A DNA stretch of 63,765 nt, counting the filler, from Deltaproteobacteria bacterium (lineage in GTDB: Bacteria > JAUYMQ01): NCBI GenBank assembly GCA_030698575.1. It is 15 parts of 15 records of this genome, joined end to end, with 100 filler letters (N's around TTAATTAATTAA, not from the genome) between each part and the next. Parts side by side here need not be neighbours in the genome. Positions count along the whole stretch, not along the records: positions 1 to 2,648 come from JAUYMQ010000273.1; positions 2,749 to 5,376 come from JAUYMQ010000275.1; positions 5,477 to 13,655 come from JAUYMQ010000284.1; 12 more parts are not named here. One strand, 5' to 3'. Below are positions 1-7,796 of this stretch, in pieces. Made by a program: the position numbers and the translations under genes. Every line of letters starts with the position of its first letter. The stretch's first letter is position 1. The notes beneath the pieces are model-generated. The model did no database searches. It was not told the DNA's origin and worked only from the letters and a program-made list of their open reading frames with translations.

Positions 1-1
1 C

Positions 2-352
2 ACGTTCGCCGTGCACACCGAATCGGAGTCGGGCGAGATCGCGATCGCGCCGCCGCCGCGGCCCGTGCGCGTGCCGACCGAGGCCGAACGCGCATCCAGC
101 CGCGAACAGATCGTCGGGAAGATCGCTGGAGCGGCCCGAGCGGTGGGCGTTGCCGTTGCCTTCATCGCGGCGTTCCTGGGCGTGATCGCGGTGGTCGCGA
201 GACGCTATCGCCAGCGTGCGCCGCGTTCGCTGGTACCGGCAGAGAGCGTTCCCCTCCGGCAACCTCGTAGACCGCAGGGGAGCCCTCGTCCCGTTGCTCC
301 CAGCAACGTTCGTGCCGCGGCGCGCCTGCGCCCGCCCCGGCGGCCGAGCTAA
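2..352 (+). CDS. Hypothetical membrane-anchored protein, C-terminal part (5' truncated)
   Basis: Frame open from the window edge; one hydrophobic helix (GVAVAFIAAFLGVIAVVA) then an Arg/Pro-rich tail; stops 21 nt before the AAA gene. Confidence 0.55.
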   Translation, partial: TFAVHTESESGEIAIAPPPRPVRVPTEAERASSREQIVGKIAGAARAVGVAVAFIAAFLGVIAVVARRYRQRAPRSLVPAESVPLRQPRRPQGSPRPVAPSNVRAAARLRPPRRPS

Positions 353-373
353 AGAGAGAAAGGAACCCACACT

Positions 374-1945
374 ATGGCCTGCGTATTCTACAGCCCCGAA
401 GCTTTCTCGGATGATCTCCGGCGCGTCATCCTGGCCAGCCGGAACGCTCACGCCGTCCGGGCCTGTCTCCTGACGACACGCGACCGAGACCATGCGTTCA
501 CCTGGCTGAAGCAGGTCGTTTCGGACGCCGACTGGCCTCTCTATGGCTTCACCGTCGCAGCGCGGCGCCGCTACAACTTCGACAAGCTCAAGTGGGAGGC
601 CGTAGGCGGGGAGTCGTCCGACACGCTCGGCCTGCTCCGCCATGCCCAGGAACTGCGCAACGGAGCAGTGGTCGTCCTCGAGGATTGCGCGGCGTTTCTT
701 CGCGACGAGGGCGGCGACCAGCGCGTGCGCATGAGTCTAGCGGAAATGCTTTCCTCCGAAACAATAACCGAGGGTCTCGTGCTCGTGTTCCTCGAGCCAC
801 CGGAGGCCGCCGGTCGCTTGCCGGCCATACTCGCGGACCAATTCGTTCGGCTCGAGGTGCCGTACCCGCGCGCCAGCGAATTGGAGGCGATAGCGCGAGC
901 CGAGCTCTCCATCGCCGCGCATCATGCGCGTGTACCGATGGACGTCGAGAGCATCCGCGAGAAGGCCGAGTACCTGGCGAGGGAGCTAGCCGGCCTTACT
1001 CGGACCGCCGCCCGCGACGCCTTGCGGGATGCGCTCGCGCCTAATCCGTCAGACCTTGACGCGGCCTTCGCCCGTCTTCAGCGTCGGAAGGCCCTTACCC
1101 TCCGAGAATCACTGGGGATGAACGTTCTTGATACCCTGGACGTCGAGGAACCCATCGGGCTCGATTATCTTTTTGAATACATCGAGGTTATTCAGCCCAA
1201 GCTTCTGGTGACTGGCGAAGAACGCGCTAAGGGGATCTGGCTCATAGGCCCGCCCGGTACGGGTAAGACAATGATTGCGCGGAGCATAGGACGACACGTC
1301 AAGCTCCCCGTGGTGGAGTTTCGGGTTTCGTCGCTGATGAACTCGCTCCTTGGCGAGACCGAGAATAGATTTAGGCGAGCATTTGCGACGCTGGAGGCCA
1401 TGAGTCCGAACGTGGCCTTGATGGACGAGATCGAGAAAGCGTTCGGCGATTCGTCCGAGCGGGACGGCGGCACCATGATGCGGGCCACCGGGGCGCTGCT
1501 TTCCTGGCTTTCGGATAACCCCCATCCGAACTTCATCGTCGCGACGTCGAACAGCCTCCGGCGCATGGGGGAGATCGGACAAACGATGACCCGCTCCGAA
1601 CGGTTCGACGCGTTCTTCTTCGTCGACGTGCCCTGCCTGGATTCGAGGCGGCGCATGCTCGAGCGCTGGCTCGCCGACAGGATGCCCAACTGCGACGCAG
1701 CCGCCGATGAACTCGCTCAGCTGACTGAGAAATTCTCGGGGGCCGATCTACGGTCACTGGTCAAGCGGGCAGTCAGATGCGCCGAGCATGACGACGTCGT
1801 GCTGACACTGGACATGGTAAAGACCCAAGTCGAGCGCAAGCGCATGCGCGCCCTGGCGCTCTATGACGAGTTCCAGGAGCTCCGTCGCTGGGGAATGAAG
1901 CACTGCGAGCCGGCAGGACTGACGGATACGCGAGGACTTCCATGA
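374..1945 (+). CDS. Ycf46-like (SpoVK/Ycf46/Vps4 family) AAA+ ATPase
   Basis: Walker A GPPGTGKT, Walker B ALMDEIEK, sensor VATSN, arginine-finger region RSERFD, lid FSGADL; degenerate N-terminal ATPase-like domain; AAGGA RBS. Confidence 0.88.
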   Translation: MACVFYSPEAFSDDLRRVILASRNAHAVRACLLTTRDRDHAFTWLKQVVSDADWPLYGFTVAARRRYNFDKLKWEAVGGESSDTLGLLRHAQELRNGAVVVLEDCAAFLRDEGGDQRVRMSLAEMLSSETITEGLVLVFLEPPEAAGRLPAILADQFVRLEVPYPRASELEAIARAELSIAAHHARVPMDVESIREKAEYLARELAGLTRTAARDALRDALAPNPSDLDAAFARLQRRKALTLRESLGMNVLDTLDVEEPIGLDYLFEYIEVIQPKLLVTGEERAKGIWLIGPPGTGKTMIARSIGRHVKLPVVEFRVSSLMNSLLGETENRFRRAFATLEAMSPNVALMDEIEKAFGDSSERDGGTMMRATGALLSWLSDNPHPNFIVATSNSLRRMGEIGQTMTRSERFDAFFFVDVPCLDSRRRMLERWLADRMPNCDAAADELAQLTEKFSGADLRSLVKRAVRCAEHDDVVLTLDMVKTQVERKRMRALALYDEFQELRRWGMKHCEPAGLTDTRGLP

Positions 1946-2079
1946 TGACGACTTCGGAAAGATATTCTGCCTTCATCTCCAGCACGGGCAAGGATCCCTT
2001 CGCGCTCAGCCCCGGGGTCCACAGCGCGTTCCGTCCCTACCACAACGCATTTTTCAACCAGCCGGAGAACAGACGATGA
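1942..2079 (+). CDS. Unannotated 45-aa protein MMTTSERYSAFISSTGKDPFALSPGVHSAFRPYHNAFFNQPENRR
   Basis: ATGA overlap with the AAA stop, ATGA overlap with the next start, GAGGA RBS at 1932-1936; fills the gap exactly. Confidence 0.65.
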   Translation: MMTTSERYSAFISSTGKDPFALSPGVHSAFRPYHNAFFNQPENRR

Positions 2080-2648
2080 GCAACGAGAGCACCGTTTCGC
2101 CGTACGCCGGAAGTGCCACTTCCAACATCGGGGGGGCTGTCATTGCTGCCGGCGCTGCCTGCGTGATCGGGGCCGTTGTCGGAACTGTGAGTCTCGCCCG
2201 CTGGCTGAGCGAGGAGACGCCCGAAGACCGCGAGAACCTCGAACAGGTGAGGGCAGACCGGCGGCGTGAGCGGCTCGCGGGCAGCAACGAACGTCCGCGT
2301 GCCATTACATCGGTCGAGCTTGTCCTGCGCGACCCCGAGACGCTCGTTCGCTCCGCCGAGCGGCTTGGCTATCGTCTCGAATCACTAGCCCGTCCTGCCG
2401 GAACGCTCCGCAGTCAGCCCCATATGCTCCTCCGCTCGGCGTCGGGCGAGCGGATGGCGATCGAGCCCACGAAAGAGGGCCGAGTCATTGTTCACACCGC
2501 CGGAGATCGTGGTCGGATCCACAAGGTCGTCCGCCAGCACTCCGGCGATCAGGTGACCCAGTTCTATGCGGCCAAAAGCATGACCGTGCAGAGCGTCCGC
2601 CTTGCTAACGGCGAAATGCAGTTCTACGGTCGCGAGCGGGACGCCGGC
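2076..2648 (+). CDS. DUF1257/Ycf35-like protein with an N-terminal hydrophobic helix (3' truncated)
   Basis: LRDPETLVRSAERLGY and C-terminal QSVRLANGEMQF match the DUF1257 pattern; lies downstream of a Ycf46-like ATPase; GGAG RBS. Confidence 0.6.
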
Positions 2649-2748
2649 NNNNNNNNNNNNNNNNNNNNNNNNNNNNNNNNNNNNNNNNNNNNTTAATTAA
2701 TTAANNNNNNNNNNNNNNNNNNNNNNNNNNNNNNNNNNNNNNNNNNNN
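2649..2748. other. Artificial contig linker (N44-TTAATTAATTAA-N44). The same linker starts at 5377, 13656, 16356, 19425, 22969, 26351, 34400, 41120, 43822, 47866, 54829, 57797 and 61006
   Basis: Identical 100-nt spacer with stops in all six frames; genes are cut mid-frame at the linkers. Confidence 0.99.
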
Positions 2749-3331
2749 GCTTCGAGCTGCCGAGCTGGCAGTCGGGGACGGTGCCCTGGGGTTCTGGGGT
2801 GCTGTGCGGGACGTCTTTGGCGGGAAGGTCACCGAGCAGCGTTGCTGGGTGCATCGAACCGCCAACGTTCTCGATGCCCTCCCCAAACGGCTCCACCCTC
2901 AAGCCAAGCAGGCGATCCATAGCATCTACCTTGCCGAGAAACGGGCCGATGCCGTCGACCGGGTCGGAGACTTCGCAGATGAGTTCTCCGCCTTCCCCAA
3001 GGCAGTCGGAAAGATCACCGGCGAGCTCGACACCCTGTTGGCGTTCTATGACTACCCCACCGAACATTGGAAGCACCTGCGGAGCACGAACGCGATCGAA
3101 TCGACCTTCGCCACCGTCAGGCTCAGAACCAAGGTGACCAAGGGCTCCGGGAGTCGTCGAGCCGCCCTGGCCATGGCCTACAAGCTGTGTGACGCCGCCC
3201 AACAACGGTGGCGCCGAATCGACGGACCCCACCTCACGGCTCTCGTCAGAGCCGGAATCAAGTTCATCGACGGAGAACCACAAGAAAGGAGCCGAAACGA
3301 CCAACCCCACCCCGAGGACGTCGCCGCCTGA
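2749..3331 (+). CDS. IS256-family transposase, C-terminal part
   Basis: VGDGALGFW, QRCWVH and RSTNAIES motifs; ends EDVAA. Confidence 0.92.
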
Positions 3332-3344
3332 CCATGCACCCATC

Positions 3345-5260
3345 ATCGCGGTAGGGACGCCGGTTGCCCGGCGCCCCCCGCGCAGATCCCAGCGGGCGCT
3401 ACTAACGCACTGGGCTCCTGCCTTGAGTGTTGGCGTCGAAGCGGACGGTGGGCCAGGGGTGCTGGATTCGTGCTGGTGGTAGCCATCGGTCGGCGAGACG
3501 ATCGATCCGCTTCCAGGTCATCCGGTGACGTTGGCTTCGGCGCCGCAGCGCCCGGAGCCAGAGCTGGGTGACCCGAAATCGGAAGGTGGTGATCGCTTTG
3601 CCGTTGTCGGGCACTGCGTAGTAGTTGAAGTGCCCGCGTACGACGCTGGCGAGCCAGCGTCCTTGCTCGGGAATGGGCTGATCGCGGCGTCTGATCAGCT
3701 CGGTTTTGACCTTGCTGAGTTTGCCGCGCATCCGTTCCTTGTCGGTGACCCGCTTGAGCTTGAAATGTCCGTTCTTCGTCGTCGCGCAGATGTGCGTGAA
3801 TCCGAGGAACGTGAACGTCTCAGGCTTACCGAGCCCGCGCTCTGCCCGGTTTAGTGCGGCGAACCGCCCGAACTGGATCAGCCGCGTCTTCTCGGCGTTT
3901 AGTTCCAGCGAGAACTTCGCGAGCCTGTCGCGAAGGTCGGCCCGGAACCGTTCGGCGTCGTCCCGATGCTGGAAACCCACCACGAAGTCGTCGCAGAAGC
4001 GCACGATGACAACATCGCCGCGTGCGTGTCGACGCCGCCACTGGTGGGCCCATAGGTCGAAGACGTAGTGCAGGTAGACGTTCGCAAGCAGCGGCGATGC
4101 CGATGCTCCTTGGGGAACGCCCTCCTTACTGGCCGTCCACGCCCCGTTTTCGATGACCCCTGCGGCCATCCATTTCTGGATTAGCCGCAGGACCCTCTTG
4201 TCTCCGATCCGGTGCTCAATGAACTTCTCCAGCCATTGATGGTCAAGGCTGGTGAAGAACTCGCGGATATCCGCGTCGAGCACCCAGTTCACCTTCTTAC
4301 GTACGATCCCGACCGACAGCGCATCCAACGCATGATGCGGGGACCGCCCCGGTCGAAACCCGTACGAGAATCCGACGAAGTCCTGTTCGTAGATCGCGTT
4401 CAGCACCTCGACCAGCGCCCGCTGGAGGATCTTGTCCTCCAGCGCTGCGACACCAAGCGGCCGAAGCCGCCCGTCCGTCTTCGGGATGAACACTCTCCGC
4501 GTCGGCTTCGCCCGGTATCGCCCTGCGTGAACCCGGTCATGCAGATCTTCGAGGTTCCCCTCGAGATCCGCCCCGTAGTCCTGCCACGTCACGCCGTCCA
4601 CCCCCGGCGCGGCTTTCGGGCGGATCGCCCAATACGCCGCCCGTAGGCGTTCGACATCGACGTGGTGCAAGAGCGCAGTGAACCTTGCTTTCCTGTCCGT
4701 TCGTGCCGCTCGGCGCACGCGATCCAGATCACTTGGCGCGCTGGTTCCGGCTCTGAGTCCGGAGCGCGTTTCACTGGCCGCGTTTCCCTCGGCCGATCCC
4801 CTTCCCTCCACCGACTCCGCCGCCCCACCCAGGGCATTGTTCGCCAGCTTCGCAGGTACTACGAGATCGTCTGACTTCCCACGATCGTGCATCACGGGAT
4901 TACGGCTCCTGCCTTTCCCGCACGACCCGCCCAACCATCATCACAAGCGGATGATCGTGGGATCTCCCGGTTCTCGCGCATGGAGATTCCGCGCATGCAC
5001 AGGTTCTTGGACCCCGCGAGGTCCGCCAGCGGCTCGCAAAAACGCCGCCCGCGGTGTTGCCTTCCGCACATTGTGAAAGCGTCAGCACCTCAACTGCACC
5101 AATTTCGGGGCTCGATAGCCCAGCCTACGCGTACCCCTACCGACGCTTCGCCGACGCCCTCACGGACGCCAACGCACGGCTCGGGGCCACCGTGGATCGC
5201 TACTCCTTCGATGTAGAGAACTCTCATCTCCTTCTCCATGCCGGTTTATCCCGGCGCCGC
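3345..5260 (-). mobile_element. Full-length group II intron, probably bacterial class E
   Basis: Minus-strand domain V GAGCCCAGTGCGTTAGTAGCGCCCGCTGGGATCTG, domain VI ending CCCTACCGCGAT; EBS1 CACAAU (5070-5075) pairs with IBS1 GUUGUG (5261-5266). Confidence 0.9.
3402..4892 (-). CDS. ltrA: Group II intron reverse transcriptase/maturase, no endonuclease domain
   Basis: AAPGVDG, RPLGVAALEDK, SYGFRPGR, GVPQGASASPLLANVYL, catalytic RFCDD, FLGF, maturase GHFNYY; start placed at MHDRGKSD. Confidence 0.95.
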   Translation of the reverse strand: MHDRGKSDDLVVPAKLANNALGGAAESVEGRGSAEGNAASETRSGLRAGTSAPSDLDRVRRAARTDRKARFTALLHHVDVERLRAAYWAIRPKAAPGVDGVTWQDYGADLEGNLEDLHDRVHAGRYRAKPTRRVFIPKTDGRLRPLGVAALEDKILQRALVEVLNAIYEQDFVGFSYGFRPGRSPHHALDALSVGIVRKKVNWVLDADIREFFTSLDHQWLEKFIEHRIGDKRVLRLIQKWMAAGVIENGAWTASKEGVPQGASASPLLANVYLHYVFDLWAHQWRRRHARGDVVIVRFCDDFVVGFQHRDDAERFRADLRDRLAKFSLELNAEKTRLIQFGRFAALNRAERGLGKPETFTFLGFTHICATTKNGHFKLKRVTDKERMRGKLSKVKTELIRRRDQPIPEQGRWLASVVRGHFNYYAVPDNGKAITTFRFRVTQLWLRALRRRSQRHRMTWKRIDRLADRWLPPARIQHPWPTVRFDANTQGRSPVR

Positions 5261-5600
5261 CACAACTTATGGGTATACCTCCACACGCCCCTGGGGCCAG
5301 AGGGAGGTCTGCAATGCAGAGGGGAAACCATCGTGCTCCGAGCAAGGGGATGGCGAGGGCTACAGGAGGAAGAGAANNNNNNNNNNNNNNNNNNNNNNNN
5401 NNNNNNNNNNNNNNNNNNNNTTAATTAATTAANNNNNNNNNNNNNNNNNNNNNNNNNNNNNNNNNNNNNNNNNNNNCCGGCCCGAGTCGTCCTAGGGCTC
5501 TGACAATCCTCCCACCCCTTGCCCGTAAGCCACCACGGCCGGTCCGACCGGCGCCGACTCCCGACTCTGAATTGACCCTCGACGCTGACAGGTCCACGCA

Positions 5601-6044
5601 ATGTTCACCGGGCGTTATGATCACACCATCGACCGCAAGGGACGCGTTGCGATTCCGGCTAAATTCCGCGATGTGATCACCCGGGAGTACGACAGCGGGC
5701 CCCTCGTAATCACCAACCTCGAGAAATGCCTCGTCCTTCTCCCTCTGCGGGAATGGTCGCGTACGCAGGAGCGCGCGAGCCAGATCCCTCTTTCCAATGC
5801 GGAAGCGCAAGACTGGCTCCGCTTCTTCGTTTCGGGCGCCGTCGAGTGCCCGATTGACCGCCAGGGACGAATTCTCATCCCCCCCACGCTGCGGGAACAC
5901 GCCGGTCTCGACAAGCAGGTGATCTTCGCCGCAATGCTCACCCGCTTCGAAATCTGGGACAAAGGCCGCTTCCAGCAGGAACTCAAGAAGACCGGATCCA
6001 ACTTCGCGAGTATCGCGGGCGCCGTAGAAAAATACGGCGTCTAG
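5601..6044 (+). CDS. mraZ: Division/cell wall cluster transcriptional repressor MraZ
   Basis: MFTGRYDHTIDRKGRVAIP and second repeat IDRQGRILIP; heads the dcw cluster. Confidence 0.95.
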   Translation: MFTGRYDHTIDRKGRVAIPAKFRDVITREYDSGPLVITNLEKCLVLLPLREWSRTQERASQIPLSNAEAQDWLRFFVSGAVECPIDRQGRILIPPTLREHAGLDKQVIFAAMLTRFEIWDKGRFQQELKKTGSNFASIAGAVEKYGV

Positions 6045-6080
6045 ATACGCGGCCTTCGCCGCCGCATGGGGGGACTCTGC

Positions 6081-6434
6081 ATGAACCGATCTCTGATCGC
6101 GGTCATCGAGCTCGCCGGCGATATCAACTGCCACGTCCTGGAGGAGCTTTCGGCGCTCATCGGGGCGCTCGTGGACGAGCATCGCAGGCACGTGGTGGTC
6201 AATCTCGCCGGCATGGCTCGTCTCGACGGACGGGACGTCGACTCGCTCGTCGAACGCGCCAAGCAGCTTCGAAGCATCGGTGGCGACCTCAAGATCGTCG
6301 GGCTCAACCGGACACCCGGCGCACCGACGGGGAGGCCCTATGCAGCAGGCTTCTTCGAACCCTACGACAGCCTCCAGGCGGCCGTCGACGGCTTCGAGCA
6401 GGAGCACGCCTCTCACCTCTCGCCGGGTCTCTAG
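6081..6434 (+). CDS. STAS-domain (anti-anti-sigma-like) protein
   Basis: ELAGDIN...VVVNLAGMARLD...GGDLKIVGLN fits the STAS fold; GGGGGA RBS. Confidence 0.75.
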   Translation: MNRSLIAVIELAGDINCHVLEELSALIGALVDEHRRHVVVNLAGMARLDGRDVDSLVERAKQLRSIGGDLKIVGLNRTPGAPTGRPYAAGFFEPYDSLQAAVDGFEQEHASHLSPGL

Positions 6435-6507
6435 CCCGGGCTGGTGACGATGCCGCCCGCCGATCGCCGCGGCCGCCAGGGCCGACACGGCCCGACAAAG
6501 GGGGCCC

Positions 6508-7455
6508 ATGCCGTCCGGACACGTTCCAGTCCTTTTGGAGGAAACCCTGTCCGCCCTCTCCTGCAGATCCGGGAAGCTCTATCTGGATGCCACGGTGGGG
6601 GCCGGCGGGCACGCCTTTGAAATCCTCCGCCGCTCATCGCCGCACGGGCGACTGATCGGCGCCGACCAGGATCCCGCCGCGCTCGAGCGCGCGCGGCAAA
6701 GGCTTTCTCCTTACAGCGGCCGCTTCGAACTGATCCATGAAAACTTCCGCCGCCTCCCCACGCTGCTCTCAGCGCGGGGAGAGAGTCCTTTCGACGGGAT
6801 TCTGCTCGATCTCGGCGTCTCCTCAGATCAGCTGGCCGATCCCGGGCGGGGCTTCTCCTTCTCGCAGGGCGGGCCCCTCGACATGAGGATGGACGTCCGA
6901 TCGGAGACGACTGCGGCTTCACTTGTCAAATTGCTCGATGCGGGGGCGCTCCGCCGGATCTTCCGCGAGCATGGCGAGGATCCCGACGCTGCCGCGATTG
7001 CGCGCGCCATCGTTCGCGAGCGTGAGCGCGCCCCAATCGACACGACCGACCGCCTTGCCGCGATCATCGCATCCGCAGTGCCGCCCGCGCGGCGCCACGC
7101 GCGCATTCACCCGGCGACCCGCGCCTTCCAGGCGCTCCGGATTGCGGTCAACGAGGAACTCGACGCGCTTAGCGAGGCGCTCGAAGTTTATCCCGACCTT
7201 CTCGCGCCCGGCGGGCGGCTCGCGATCATCTCATTTCACAGCCTGGAGGATCGCATCGTGAAGCGGCGGTTCCGCGCCCTCGAGGGGCGCTGCACCTGCC
7301 CTCCGAAGCTCCCCGTCTGCCGGTGCGGCGCGAGTGCGCAGATGCGCGTGCTCTCGCGACGCGCGGTGCGCCCCTCCGCGGCAGAGGTGGCGGCGAACCC
7401 ACGGGCGCGAAGCGCCCGCCTCAGGGCCGCCGAGCGCCTCGGAGAAGCAGCATGA
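6508..7455 (+). CDS. rsmH: 16S rRNA m4C1402 methyltransferase RsmH
   Basis: HVPVLLEE, DATVGAGGH, DLGVSS, LDMRMD, FQALRIAVNEEL, ISFHSLEDR, NPRARSARLR. Confidence 0.97.
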   Translation: MPSGHVPVLLEETLSALSCRSGKLYLDATVGAGGHAFEILRRSSPHGRLIGADQDPAALERARQRLSPYSGRFELIHENFRRLPTLLSARGESPFDGILLDLGVSSDQLADPGRGFSFSQGGPLDMRMDVRSETTAASLVKLLDAGALRRIFREHGEDPDAAAIARAIVRERERAPIDTTDRLAAIIASAVPPARRHARIHPATRAFQALRIAVNEELDALSEALEVYPDLLAPGGRLAIISFHSLEDRIVKRRFRALEGRCTCPPKLPVCRCGASAQMRVLSRRAVRPSAAEVAANPRARSARLRAAERLGEAA

Positions 7456-7760
7456 AGAGGGGGGCCGGAAAGGGTGCGCGGAGGAGCCTCCGTCGTTGGC
7501 GCACGGCGGGCGCTTCGGTGCTGGTCGTAGGCGTCATGATCGTCTGCGCGCTGTTCTACGTCTGGGCACGCCACGAGGCGACGAGCTGGGGCTACCGCCT
7601 CTCCGAAGCCGCCCAGGCGCAGAACGAGCTCAAGCAGGCCAACCGCGAACTGAGGCTCGAGGCAGCAAGCCTTCGGTCTCCAGCCCGCATCGAGAGCATC
7701 GCTCGAAAGAAGCTCGGTCTCGACTTTCCGAAACCGGGCCAGATTCAACCCTTGAACTGA
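7452..7760 (+). CDS. ftsL: Cell division protein FtsL
   Basis: Basic N-terminus, one TM helix, coiled coil ending SPARIESIARKKLGL; sits between rsmH and ftsI. Confidence 0.88.
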   Translation: MKRGAGKGARRSLRRWRTAGASVLVVGVMIVCALFYVWARHEATSWGYRLSEAAQAQNELKQANRELRLEAASLRSPARIESIARKKLGLDFPKPGQIQPLN

Positions 7761-7796
7761 GCGCGCTCTCGCCGAGGCCGCTCGCCGGGCACCGTG

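Larger units (their letters stand above)
2749..5281 (+). mobile_element. IS256-family element (right part) whose right end is split by a group II intron
   Basis: Removing 3345-5260 gives CCCATC|CACAACTTATGGGTATACCTC just after the transposase stop, resembling IS256 right ends. Confidence 0.7.

Noticed and set aside
5095-5226. Minus-strand ORF MRVLYIEGVAIHGGPEPC... with a good RBS
   Set aside because: Lies within domain I of the group II intron RNA; a translation of structured RNA
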